Below, one piece after another: positions 1-10,600 of a stretch of 26,716 nucleotides of DNA (position 1 is the stretch's first letter; every line of letters starts with the position of its first letter). Source of the DNA: Elainellaceae cyanobacterium. Its GTDB lineage: Bacteria > Cyanobacteriota > Cyanobacteriia > CAZCXK01. The stretch is taken from positions 1 through 26,716 of the forward strand of contig JBNPEG010000234.1 of assembly GCA_051117555.1 (NCBI GenBank), in the 5' to 3' direction. Position numbers and translations under genes: made by a program. The notes under the pieces are model-generated. The model saw only the letters and a program-made list of their open reading frames with translations, was not told the origin of the DNA and ran no database searches.

Positions 1-66
1 CTGCTTCAGTCGCTGCTTGATCGCATCCAAACTTTCCTCAATCGTGACCACAAACTTGTTCGCCAT
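1..66 (-). CDS. Partial CDS (5' end) running off the left edge; possibly an HTH protein or IS630 ORF-A-like protein
   Basis: ATG at 66 (minus), open to the window edge: MANKFVVTIEESLDAIKQRLKQ. This resembles the 'I-x-ES-x-xL-xx-L' start of cyanobacterial HTH/IS630-type proteins. Only 22 codons are visible. Confidence 0.35.
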   Translation of the reverse strand, partial: MANKFVVTIEESLDAIKQRLKQ

Positions 67-221
67 CAGATGTACTCAAGATCATCATCAATTCCTAATT
101 TAGTGCATGTCTTCCGGGAATTGGTATTACAAGCCGCAGGTAATCCCGCGAAAGACGCCAACGGCAATATCATTTGGGATGCGATGATTCTCCACGTGAG
201 CGATCGCACTAGGCAACTTCG

Positions 222-1079
222 CTAAAACAAATTCTCCAGCGATCGCCACACTGCGATATAAAAATTGCCGCCTTGCTGTTCTCTCAATACCTCAAACGGC
301 ATGCCCTGATACCCAATGAATGGCCGCAATCGCCACCCAAGCTGCATGCCGACAATCGCGTAAATGGCGATCCAAATTTTTAGCAACATGCCATTCAAAG
401 GCTGCTCCATGCGAAATGCCAGATATGAACAGCCTCGATAAAGGTAGCGCACGCCATAGAGACCACACAGACCAAAAATCAGCACGTGCATCAGCATCAA
501 GAACTGGTAGTTTTCAGGAGTAGTAATCGTAAAAAAGAAGGCAATTGGCGCCAGACTCGTCAGCAAAATCGTAGTGGTGCCCAATGTCATCACCATCAGC
601 GCAACGGTTTGCAGAAATTTGAAGCTTTGCCCAAGCAGCACATTAAATGTGTAAAGAGACGGAATACAAATGAGAGCAGTCAGCAGAAACAGAATGGGGA
701 GTTTGATAGTTGAGGCGATCGCCTGAAGGACTCCATTATACATGCCCATGACTAAACCATAGATACCGGAGAGCAGTATGCAAAGAATTGACAATGAGGC
801 GATAATTCTGGGCAAATCTTTCTGACTGTAGATTTGCTCGAACAGCGCCGTTTGCGCTCGCAAGATATAGTCAAGGAAGTAAAATGAGAGTCGAATCAAA
901 CTACTGTCATGAATCGACTGGCGGAGGGCTTGAATCTCTTGAGGAGAGTACTCAAAAGAGTGTCTCTTTTGCTTTTTTCCACCATCGGGAGATTCTGACT
1001 TATCTTCATTCGAAGCAGATGGATCTTCATTCTCACCGTGATCTAAATTACGGTCAGCATCGAACTGCTCATTGTCCAT
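222..1079 (-). CDS. Multi-pass membrane protein of the cyanobacterial family often labelled 'actin-binding WH2 domain protein'; function unknown
   Basis: Acidic disordered N-terminus, about 5 hydrophobic helices, and a C-terminal 'YAIVGMQLGWRLRPFIG...GNFY' motif. ATG 1079 has GGGAG 6 nt upstream; alternative starts are 1145 and 1160. Confidence 0.7.
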   Translation of the reverse strand: MDNEQFDADRNLDHGENEDPSASNEDKSESPDGGKKQKRHSFEYSPQEIQALRQSIHDSSLIRLSFYFLDYILRAQTALFEQIYSQKDLPRIIASLSILCILLSGIYGLVMGMYNGVLQAIASTIKLPILFLLTALICIPSLYTFNVLLGQSFKFLQTVALMVMTLGTTTILLTSLAPIAFFFTITTPENYQFLMLMHVLIFGLCGLYGVRYLYRGCSYLAFRMEQPLNGMLLKIWIAIYAIVGMQLGWRLRPFIGYQGMPFEVLREQQGGNFYIAVWRSLENLF

Positions 1080-1328
1080 CTTATTCTCCCAGCCTGTAGC
1101 GTCAGTAAAAATTTTGATATCACTGTGCTGTTGTAACAGATTCATATCTCGACCTGCCACACTAGACTTTCTACAGGGCTAATTCTTACGCATGCTTCTC
1201 CTTTAAGGTTTTCGGATCAGCAAAAATAGCTAAACACAAATGGCGATCGCACGTCAGCACATCCGATATTCAGTTCCCAAGGCTATGCCAGTCTGCGACA
1301 ATAAACAGAGTCCAACGCAGAGAGAATC

Positions 1329-1760
1329 ATGACCTTGGCGCTAACGTATCAAACAGGGGATATCGTCGCAGCAACCGATCGCTTTGAAAAATGTGGTCGA
1401 GTTATTGACGCGAGCAGTGATGGATGCAACGTAAACCTAGACCACAAGACAGTTTATATACCTGAGCAACATTTAGCACTGATTTCAATTAAAAATAATC
1501 CGAATCTGCGTCTAGTTGCAAACAAGATCAACGAAGCAGGTCAGCAAATCGATGGATTTTCAGCGATGTTTAGCCATGAAGTCATCGCATTCGCAAGTGG
1601 TGGAAGCATTATTGGACGGGCATTTGCCGACTATGTTAGCAAAATCCCAGTTAACATTCTCACCGTTGCCCTTGACCTCCTTTGTCAAACGAGATTACCC
1701 ATGCCAGAAGCCGTCGATCGGGTGATGAATTTAAACTTTGAATTGCTCAGCGGTCGTTAG
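1329..1760 (+). CDS. Hypothetical protein (143 aa)
   Basis: ATG preceded by AGAGAG. Stop is 4 bp before the hpxO start, suggesting an operon. No recognisable motif. Confidence 0.65.
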   Translation: MTLALTYQTGDIVAATDRFEKCGRVIDASSDGCNVNLDHKTVYIPEQHLALISIKNNPNLRLVANKINEAGQQIDGFSAMFSHEVIAFASGGSIIGRAFADYVSKIPVNILTVALDLLCQTRLPMPEAVDRVMNLNFELLSGR

Positions 1761-1764
1761 TAAT

Positions 1765-2925
1765 ATGGAACATTTGAAAGCGGTTGTAATTGGTGCGGGC
1801 ATTGGTGGACTCACAGCAGGCATCGCTCTCAAGCAAGCCGGATATGAGGTTGAAATCTATGACCGCGTTCGAGAATTGCGTCCGGTAGGGGCTGGCATCT
1901 CTCTATGGTCAAACGGCGTCAAAGTCCTCAATCACCTTGGATTGGGAGCAGAGATAGCAAAGATTGGCGGGCGGATGAACCGCATGGAATATCGCACCAA
2001 ATCGGGTGATAGCCTCAACACAATTGATCTGATGCCTCTAGTCCATGATGTAGGCCAGCGTCCGTATCCGGTTGCGCGCCGAGATTTACAAACCATGCTA
2101 CTCAATGCCTTTCCAGGAGAGGTACATTTGGGGCATCAGTGCATCGGGGTTGAGGAAAACGAAAAAGGCGTCACGGCGTTCTTTGAAAATGGACACAAAG
2201 CACAAAGCGATCTAGTTGTCGCAGCAGATGGCATTCGCTCGATTTTACGCACCTATGTGCTCGGCAGAGAGATAGAGCCGAAGTATGGCGGTTATATCAA
2301 CTGGAATGGGTTAGTCGCCGCCGATGAAGACTTTGCTCCTAAAGACTGTTGGGTTATTTATGTGGGCGAACACAAGCGAGCGTCGATGATGCCCGTGGCG
2401 GGCGATCGCTTCTACTTCTTCTTAGATGTCCCCCTCCCTAAAGGGACACCTGCCAATCCAGACCGTTACAAAACAGAACTCAAAGGATACTTCAAAGGAT
2501 GGGCAACTCCAGTTCAGCGACTCATTGAGCGACTTGATCCTGATACAGTCGCTCGTCCTGAAATCCACGATGTTGGCCCCATTGACTGTTTTGTGAAAGG
2601 ACGAGTGGCACTACTCGGAGATTCTGCCCATGCGACCTGTCCAGATCTAGGGCAGGGCGGCTGTCAAGCCATGGAAGATGCGCTCGTACTGACCCAATAT
2701 CTGATGACCACCAACCTCGGCGTTGAATACGCGCTCAAACGCTACAGTGCAGAGCGGACAGAACGCGCCAATGCAGTTGTACGTAAGGCTCGCAAACGCG
2801 CTGAACAAATTCACGGCATTGACCCAGCCGTGACCCAGCAATGGTACGACCAACTCGCACTCGAAACACCTAGCGACGTTACACGGGCGATCGCCAATGT
2901 AATCCTCGCAGGTCCCCTTCATTAG
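1765..2925 (+). CDS. hpxO: FAD-dependent urate hydroxylase
   Basis: GAGIGG Rossmann motif, 'ADG' motif and 'LLGDSAHATCPDLGQGGCQAMED' of class A flavin monooxygenases, plus HpxO-like 'VGAGISLWSNGVK' and 'GYINWNGLV'. Adjacent to an HIU hydrolase. Start taken at ATG 1765. Confidence 0.9.
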   Translation: MEHLKAVVIGAGIGGLTAGIALKQAGYEVEIYDRVRELRPVGAGISLWSNGVKVLNHLGLGAEIAKIGGRMNRMEYRTKSGDSLNTIDLMPLVHDVGQRPYPVARRDLQTMLLNAFPGEVHLGHQCIGVEENEKGVTAFFENGHKAQSDLVVAADGIRSILRTYVLGREIEPKYGGYINWNGLVAADEDFAPKDCWVIYVGEHKRASMMPVAGDRFYFFLDVPLPKGTPANPDRYKTELKGYFKGWATPVQRLIERLDPDTVARPEIHDVGPIDCFVKGRVALLGDSAHATCPDLGQGGCQAMEDALVLTQYLMTTNLGVEYALKRYSAERTERANAVVRKARKRAEQIHGIDPAVTQQWYDQLALETPSDVTRAIANVILAGPLH

Positions 2926-3015
2926 CTATTGGGTCGCTTATTCCTCGCTTGATTACCGATCGAGACAGAAAAGTCTCAGAGAAAAAGATTTGACTCACGT
3001 TATCAGGTAAATTTT

Positions 3016-3378
3016 ATGACAGGTAAGTTGACCACCCATGTTTTAGACACGGTGAAGGGCAGCCCCGCCTCTGGGATGACAGTCGAGCTCTGGTCGCTGG
3101 ATGCAAGATCGGGTGAACGAACGCTGCTCAAATCCATTACCACAAATACAGATGGACGCACTGATGTGCCTCTCTTGGCAAATGATGAATGCGTGTGTGG
3201 TGTTTATGAATTAGTCTTTGTTGTCAGCACGTATTTTGCCCACTATATGACCGACCTTCCCAACCCACCATTTCTCAACCGCGTCCCAATTCAGTTTGGG
3301 ATAGCGGATGCAAGCGCACACTATCACGTTCCACTACTAACGTCGCCTTGGTCGTATAGCACCTATCGAGGCAGTTAG
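3016..3378 (+). CDS. uraH: 5-hydroxyisourate hydrolase (transthyretin-like)
   Basis: N-terminal LTTHVLDT, 'TNTDGR', 'HYHVPLL' and the C-terminal YRGS signature. Confidence 0.95.
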   Translation: MTGKLTTHVLDTVKGSPASGMTVELWSLDARSGERTLLKSITTNTDGRTDVPLLANDECVCGVYELVFVVSTYFAHYMTDLPNPPFLNRVPIQFGIADASAHYHVPLLTSPWSYSTYRGS

Positions 3379-3405
3379 TTCCTGCATTTCATTAATAACG
3401 ACGCC

Positions 3406-3429
3406 AAAATACGCTCATATGAGTGAGCG
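3406..3429 (-). terminator. Possible intrinsic terminator between convergent genes
   Basis: Stem CGCTCA (3412-3417) / TGAGCG (3424-3429), followed by TATTTT on the minus strand. Confidence 0.3.
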
Positions 3430-3467
3430 CCTTCCAGATTCGTGCATTCTTTTTTGAGGAATTTCAG

Positions 3468-4625
3468 TTAGTCTGCTAAGTCCACTACAATACCTGCCGC
3501 GCCCACGACTTGATTCGTTCGACTATAAATTGGGTCAATACTGATTTCAACTCGCCGCTGAACGCCGTCGGCATCAGTAATATGTTCTTCTAGGCGCTGC
3601 GACTGCGAGGATGATATGACATCCGCATCGAGTTGGACATGTTTGCGAATCAAAGCGGGTAGTTGAAAATTCACATTAGACTTGCCAATTAGCTGGTTAG
3701 CAGTCATCCCACATCGTTGGCAGTATATATCATTGACAGCAATATAGCGGTTTTTGGCATCTTTGAGCCACGCCATGTGAGGAATGTTATTGAGCAGAGC
3801 TTGGATGTGACCCTCTTGAACTTCGAGTTGTGTTTCAACGACTTGGCGATCGCGCCCTTCCCTTTGGAGATTGACATTTTGCTGTTCCAGCCGTTTTTGC
3901 AAGTCACGGAGTTTGAGCTGATGCTGCACCCGTGCTAATACTTCTTCGATCTGAAAGGGCTTCGTAATATAGTCTGCTCCGCCCAGCCCAAATGCCTTCA
4001 CTTTGTCAGCAACGTCATCAATTGCACTCAAAAATAAAATCGGTACATCCTGGAGATGAAATGACGCTTTCATTTTCTTGCATACTTGATATCCATCCAG
4101 TCCAGGCATACAGATGTCAAGCAAAATCAAATCCGGGAGTACATGCTGCACAGCATCGAGTGCCATCTCACCGCTAATCGCGCAACTGACTTCGTATCCG
4201 TCTTGTCTTAGGGTAGACGTCAATAGACGTAAGTTTTCAGGCGTATCATCAACTACTAAAATTGTTCCTTGATGTTTGACTTGTATGGGTTTGAAGCCGA
4301 GTATCCAGAAAATCTGCTGTTCTACATCCAGCAGTTCTTTTCGATGAGATCCGGCTTGCCCTAGCAACCCTTGATGGAGGGCGGTTAATTTTTCTAGTTT
4401 CAGCACAACAGATGCTATTTCTTCAGGCTCAAGATATAGGCTGTTGATGACCGCATTCAAGTCGCTCAACGGATCAACTTCAAGCCCTGCCCCTTTGGCA
4501 ACAACAGACTGTAACCGATCGATATTCTGACGGATCAGGCGACGAATATAATATGCGATCGTCGGGGAAAGGAGATTTAAATGGTCATCATGCCCCTGAT
4601 TAGAATGAACTGCACTATGAGTCAT
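3468..4625 (-). CDS. Response regulator: N-terminal helical region, REC, coiled coil, PAS
   Basis: REC motifs 'ILVVDDTPEN', 'LILLDICMP', 'FLSA', 'ADYITKPF'; C-terminal PAS 'WLKDAKNRYIAVN'. ATG 4625 overlaps the kinase 3' end by 11 bp. Confidence 0.85.
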   Translation of the reverse strand: MTHSAVHSNQGHDDHLNLLSPTIAYYIRRLIRQNIDRLQSVVAKGAGLEVDPLSDLNAVINSLYLEPEEIASVVLKLEKLTALHQGLLGQAGSHRKELLDVEQQIFWILGFKPIQVKHQGTILVVDDTPENLRLLTSTLRQDGYEVSCAISGEMALDAVQHVLPDLILLDICMPGLDGYQVCKKMKASFHLQDVPILFLSAIDDVADKVKAFGLGGADYITKPFQIEEVLARVQHQLKLRDLQKRLEQQNVNLQREGRDRQVVETQLEVQEGHIQALLNNIPHMAWLKDAKNRYIAVNDIYCQRCGMTANQLIGKSNVNFQLPALIRKHVQLDADVISSSQSQRLEEHITDADGVQRRVEISIDPIYSRTNQVVGAAGIVVDLAD

Positions 4626-7500
4626 GATGTCTGGTCGTGTCCTGATTGAGGGTAGAAAGAATATCAAATCGAAAGTTATCGACTAACATTGCTAACGAAT
4701 GAGATAGTTCAGCATAGCGAGGTGGAATATGTTCAATTAACTTTAAGCAGTCTGTATCACTGAGGCGAGAAACAGCCCAAAAGAATGACGTTTTCCATGA
4801 GGGCGGCATCACATCCAATTCAGATGGATGAATGACCCGAGGTTCAGAACTAGCATCACGGATACCCAGTCCTATATCGTCTGTATTATTTGAATTATCT
4901 ATATCAGTTGATATCGGAGACGGAGAGTAAACATAATTCACTCCCAAATACTTGGCGATCGCATCAAAAAGCTGATCAGCTTGAAATGGTTTATGAATGA
5001 TGCCATCACATCCGGCATCAAAGATTTTCGAGCGCTGCTCATCAAACGCACTTGCGGTGAGAGCAACAATTTTAGTACTTTCGGAGTCTGTTGCATAATC
5101 AGATGATTGCCCGTCTATCGGGGCGATTTCTTCATGCCTGCCTCTAAATTGTTCTAGGGCTCGAATACGGCGAGTAGCTTCATATCCATCAATAACAGGC
5201 ATTCGCATATCCATTAACACTAGGTGAGGATGCCATCTCCACCACGCACGCACAGCGGTTTTTCCGTCAACAGCTTCTTGGACATCAAATCCAACCTTCG
5301 TTAACAAATTGACAAGAATTTTACGATTTTCGAGCTGATCATCCACCACCAAGATTCGCCAGTGGGATTGGTCAGGGGCTAGTTTAATATGATTAGGCTT
5401 TGAGAGCGCAGGTTGATCTGTAGTTGCAAGCTCAACGGGAATGTTGAGTGTAAAGTTTGTCCCTTTATCGACCTCGCTTTCAAGAGAAATACTACCTTTC
5501 ATCAGATGAACCATTCGCTGACTGAGGGTTAATCCTAATCCCGTGCCATTTAGGGCACCCTTAGACTGTTCTGTTTGTTCAAAGGCTTCGAAAATGCGAG
5601 TTTGATCAGAGACAGCGATACCGATGCCAGTATCTTCAATCTCAAAACATAGCATCACTACTTTTTTGTCACCGGAATGTAGCGTTAGATTCCGATCATC
5701 CTGAGGCAATTTTGCAATGGGCGGGAGTGAATGACCTGTTTCATCATTTATGACCGACACCTTAACGGTCACGCCTCCATCCTGGGTAAATTTGATGCTG
5801 TTACTAATCAAATTGATCAAGACTTGGCGCAGCTTTTGCTGGTCGCCGTAGATCGTACGCGGCAAATCGGGAGCGAGATTAATATCGAAATGCAGCATTT
5901 TGGCGATCGCCTGCTGATATAGCATTCCATGAATCGCCGTTAGCAATTCAACCAGGTCAAATTTCTTATGGACGAGAGACATGCGCCCAGCTTCGATCTT
6001 TGAGAGATCGAGGACACTATTGATCAGAGAAAGCAAATGATTGCCGCTATCGAGAATGATCTTCAAGCATTCGGCATGATTGGGAGAAACAGTAGAGTCT
6101 AAATTCATGACCTGAGCAAATCCCAAAATAGCATTTAAGGGAGTTCGCAATTCGTGACTCATGTTTGCTAAAAACTCACTTTTTGCTCGATTTGCAGCTT
6201 CTGCGACGTCCTTTGCCTGTTTGAGTTCAAGTTCAAATTGCTTGCGCTCGGTAATGTCTGTTGAAATTCCGCAAATAGCATAGGGTTCATGTTGTTCATT
6301 CATGAGCGGAAACTTAACGGCTAAGAAATATCGCCTCTCTCCGTCAATGAAGAGGGTTTCCTCAAGCCAGATTGGGGTTCCGTGTGATAAGACTCGTTCA
6401 TCATTGGCGCGCAGCGGGTGAGCAATGTCAGGTGCCATTAGGTCTGCATCTGTTTTACCTATCCATTCAGCCTGCGACGTTTGAAACAGAGTTTCAATAA
6501 ATCGATTGATAAAGGTATACCGTCCGTCTAGATCTTTTGCGAAGATGGCGACTGGAGAATGAGTCAGAATTGAATGGAGCTGGTCTTGGCTACGCTGAAG
6601 CTGAATTTCTAGCTGTTTGCGATCGCTGATATTGCGAATCGTGAGTAACGCAATGTCAGTGTCATAAGGAACAACTCGCACTTCTTCGTGTTGCAATTGT
6701 TCATTGATCCAGACCTCTTGCTCATAGATCTGAATCGTCTGGGTTGACAACGCCCGATGAATTGCCTGCATCTCTAAGTCGGCAATAGAGTGGGGTAACA
6801 CCTCATAGAGGTTTTGACCGACACGATTATGGGATTTTGGAATAAGGTCAAACAGATAATTCGACTGAATAACCTCTAGAAAGGTACCATCAGCGCAAAT
6901 CAGCATGATCAAATCTGGAATCGCACTAAGGATCGCACGATTCTTTGCCTCACTCTGGCGCAGTTCATCATTAACACGGCTAAGCTCTGTCATCTTATGG
7001 GACAGGGAGGTTAAACTTAGCTTGAGCTCAAGCTGACTCACTACCTGCCGACTCAATACTTGCAGCGCTTGAATCTGCTCAGATGTCAAATTTCGTGGAA
7101 CCAGATCAATCACGCAAAGAGTGCCTAAGGCAAATCCGTCAGGAGTAACTAGGGGAGCTCCAGCATAAAACCGAATATGGGGTGCTCCCGTCACCAAGGG
7201 ATTGTCTGCAAACCGAGGATCTTGGGTTGTATCAGGAATGATTAGAATGTGCTGATCTAAGATGGCGTGAGCACAAAATGCAGCGTCACGACTCATTTCG
7301 GTCGCGTCTAAACCGACGTTTGACTTGCTCCATTGCCGGTCAACGTCAATCAAATTCACCAAAGAAATTGGGGTGTTGCAAATTTGCGATGCTAACGCCG
7401 TTAAATCATCATAGACCAGTTCATACCCTGTATCTAAGATGTTATAGCTGAGTAGCTTCGCAATCCGTTCGTTTTCGTTTGGGGGGAAGGATGCTCTCAT
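4615..7500 (-). CDS. Hybrid sensor histidine kinase (GAF-PAS-PAS-HisKA-HATPase-REC)
   Basis: GAF 'RFYAGAPL..DGFALGTLCVID', two PAS domains, H-box 'FLANMSHELRTPLN', N-box 'QVLINLISNSIKFT', G-boxes 'DTGIGI' and 'GTGLGL', REC 'LVLMDMRMP'. Confidence 0.95.
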   Translation of the reverse strand: MRASFPPNENERIAKLLSYNILDTGYELVYDDLTALASQICNTPISLVNLIDVDRQWSKSNVGLDATEMSRDAAFCAHAILDQHILIIPDTTQDPRFADNPLVTGAPHIRFYAGAPLVTPDGFALGTLCVIDLVPRNLTSEQIQALQVLSRQVVSQLELKLSLTSLSHKMTELSRVNDELRQSEAKNRAILSAIPDLIMLICADGTFLEVIQSNYLFDLIPKSHNRVGQNLYEVLPHSIADLEMQAIHRALSTQTIQIYEQEVWINEQLQHEEVRVVPYDTDIALLTIRNISDRKQLEIQLQRSQDQLHSILTHSPVAIFAKDLDGRYTFINRFIETLFQTSQAEWIGKTDADLMAPDIAHPLRANDERVLSHGTPIWLEETLFIDGERRYFLAVKFPLMNEQHEPYAICGISTDITERKQFELELKQAKDVAEAANRAKSEFLANMSHELRTPLNAILGFAQVMNLDSTVSPNHAECLKIILDSGNHLLSLINSVLDLSKIEAGRMSLVHKKFDLVELLTAIHGMLYQQAIAKMLHFDINLAPDLPRTIYGDQQKLRQVLINLISNSIKFTQDGGVTVKVSVINDETGHSLPPIAKLPQDDRNLTLHSGDKKVVMLCFEIEDTGIGIAVSDQTRIFEAFEQTEQSKGALNGTGLGLTLSQRMVHLMKGSISLESEVDKGTNFTLNIPVELATTDQPALSKPNHIKLAPDQSHWRILVVDDQLENRKILVNLLTKVGFDVQEAVDGKTAVRAWWRWHPHLVLMDMRMPVIDGYEATRRIRALEQFRGRHEEIAPIDGQSSDYATDSESTKIVALTASAFDEQRSKIFDAGCDGIIHKPFQADQLFDAIAKYLGVNYVYSPSPISTDIDNSNNTDDIGLGIRDASSEPRVIHPSELDVMPPSWKTSFFWAVSRLSDTDCLKLIEHIPPRYAELSHSLAMLVDNFRFDILSTLNQDTTRHHDS

Positions 7501-7668
7501 CGGCAACGTTGATAATCTAGGTTTAAGGTAATGGTGCTAGCACGCCACTAGCGCTTTACTACCTAGCATTCCCAAAACGGTTTGATCCTATCGAGCGAGC
7601 TTTGTATGAGTGATTCAACCCGTAAGCGAGAGAGTTATATCCTACACAGGTGAAAAGCTTTCATACCG

Positions 7669-10600
7669 CTAGATAAATGCCTGCACAGCACACTTGATTT
7701 GCCCTATGGGTAGTGTCGATAGCAAGATAGACAAAATTTTGATATGTTCTGAAGCGGATAGCCTATTCCATACCTGTCGCCATTGCCTCACCGTCAATTG
7801 TTGAAACATATCATTGAGTTTTTCCAATAGGTGGGGTATCTCAGTTTTGGGTGCAGGTTCATCGGGTCTGTTTAGTATGGCCGTCAGTTGGCTCGTATTT
7901 TGGACAACGCTATCTGGAGCGTGTATCTCAGCCTGGCTGACTCTACCACTAGCGCTATTTGATTCTTTTAATAGCATCAGTAGTAATTTCCAGAATCGAG
8001 ATAAATACTGCTGAGAATACCCTGTTAATTTGGCGATCGCCGTTTGAGTCACTTTTTTATTTTGATCAGTTAGATGGTTCATGGCATGCAGTGCTGCCGC
8101 GACAAAGCGTTCCTGCTTAGTTGAAGCCTCTGGGGTGACATCAGAGGCAGATACGTGGTGGGTGGATAGATCTAACTCAAAGTTGCTCAAAATAACGACC
8201 TGAAGCTGTTCAGATAGGCGTCGATGGGCTCGAAGTCGCCCAATGGCCTGATAAAAATCTGCTTGGATAGCTCGATCAACAAAGGCTTTGAACCCCTGAT
8301 TGTCAAGATCATAGGCTCCTGTTAGAATCGCATATTCAGCCGCCTGATCGATAATGTTTCGGCAGGGAGTCCCTACGAGAATGAGGGTGTTTATCTCGGT
8401 GAAGTCATTAACTCCCCGACTATCGCGCCACCATGCCCCGTCCCCGTGATACTTTTTGAAGTCGATGACTTTGGTAGTTGGGTCGCGTTGCTTATAGTGT
8501 TCAACGAGAATTTTTGTTCGCTGTTGCTGCTGCTTGCCTCTCTGCATGCCCATTCGTCCAAGGTCAGTAACTTGCGTGATGACGAGGTTTTCGGGACGGG
8601 ACATTTCTTGTCTAATTTCTAAGATCTCGTCAGGGGAGCAGCCGAGTTTAAGCGCTAAATCGTCACGGGTTAGCGTTGCATCTAGAAAGATGGTGGCTTT
8701 AGAGGCACCGGCGATCGCCCGATGATGGGTGTCTGGGAGTGCGATCGTCAGTAGTCCTTGTTTGATCGACAGGGCTCCTTGAATTTGTCCTGTTAGGACT
8801 CGAAGTAATGTAGGGAGCCATTGTTTGACGACGGAGTTTTCGGCATGTTCAATGACGCGGTCATCGCCTGCCAAGCTGTGACTCTGCGGGCGATCGCCAG
8901 GATTCGTCTTATCCTGATCTACTTTATTAAGAAATGAAAGATTGGGAACTAAGACGTGCTCAATTGCTGAAATATCTAATGTGCCTAGATTTGGGAGGAA
9001 ATCTACGACTTGAGTATGAGTTAATCCAAATTTGCCGAGATGCATTGATCCGTCTAAATAAGGAAGTAGCGCAGTCAGCAAGGGCTGTATTGTCTCAAAC
9101 TGTTCGGGAGTTTTTAGCAGCGAGGTAATGACTTGTTCTAAATCGTCAAGTGTGACATGGATATCGTGCTTGACTTGAAATGTTTGCCCAGGTTCGTCCC
9201 AGATAGCTACTACAGAATCGTATTGATATTCCATCGGAGCAGGTAGGCTATCGGGGTGAGCTCTAAATTTTGGAGACGCTAGTGCTGACTGCCGCTGACT
9301 GAGAAAGCCATACCCGACGCCTTTAGACTGAGCACATCGGTCTCGCAAAGGGCACGTTCCGCAGATCAGAGATGCGGTATCGGCACCGTCAACATGCTTC
9401 GCACGCAGCGTGCTGATTACGGAGGTGCGGCTACAGTTTGCTGGCGTATCTGGGATTTCTCGTCGGAGGGGTCGTCTCAGACGAATTTGACCGTTTACGG
9501 TGGTTTCACGAATTAACCCGTCATGGCGAGCGTCTAGATCAACCCAGCCATTTTGAATCTTGAGTGTGTCAACGGTTGGATTGCGATGCTGATCTGAGAG
9601 GTAAATAATTTGTCGGACATCGTCCGCTAAATCGAGGGTGGCGTTTCCTGCATCAAAGCTTTTGCCTGTCCCTGTGGTTGATGAGTCTAGGATATATCGA
9701 TACCCGTTGGCGATCGCCCCTTTCCAGGTTTGCAAGCGCATTCCAGGTTGATAGGTTTGAATCGCTAGGGTTTCATCAGCCGACGATGATGGTGAATGGG
9801 CGGATTGGCGCCGTTGTCGTTTTTTCTGTTTTCCCTTTTCTAATCTGAATAGGGTCGTGAGCTGAGTCAGAATCTGTTCAGGATGGCGGGCGATCGCGTC
9901 AAACTCGGCGTCAGTGATGGAGTTAATTGAATCTAAATCAGAAAGTTCATCAATATCGGGATCTGCTTTGGTGAACTGCTTCCACCACATAACCTGGATT
10001 GTGTATCCCCAGCATTTGAGCAATCTCCAGGTAGCGCGGTACTGCCGCAGCACGTGCGGATTGCAGATTGCTCCGGCATCGGGATAGAACTCAACTATTT
10101 TTTGATCAAATTGGCGTGCCGTCTCGTCCAAGATCTGTCGGAGCATTTGCGGGCTATTCGAAAATTGTCCGCCCGCAGCACCGATGGTTACGATTCCTAG
10201 CCGGTGCGCTGTAAGCAGTGGCTTGGGTCCGGTTCCTTCAACAAGGGCGATCGCCTGTCGCTTAGGTGGCTGATTGGGGGAATAGACAGCCAACGGCAGT
10301 TCTCCATTGCCTAAATGGGGAGTCGCCCCGTCTGGATTTGATTTCGTTCTGCTGGTCAGCCAGTAATATTTGGGTGTATTTGGCTCAAGAGCCCGGTTGC
10401 GAACTTGGAACCCGGTGATTCGTTCTTCGGTGTCATAGATGGGGCAGAGATAGCCAGGGAATGGTGTATTGAGCGATCGCCCGTTTGCGCTAATTCCAGC
10501 TAATGAGGACGGAAAGGTTTGCTCCAACGATTGCCATTGCTCAACAGATTTAAATCCCCAGCGATCGATGAGGTCGTCTGTTAATCCCCGTCGATGGAGA

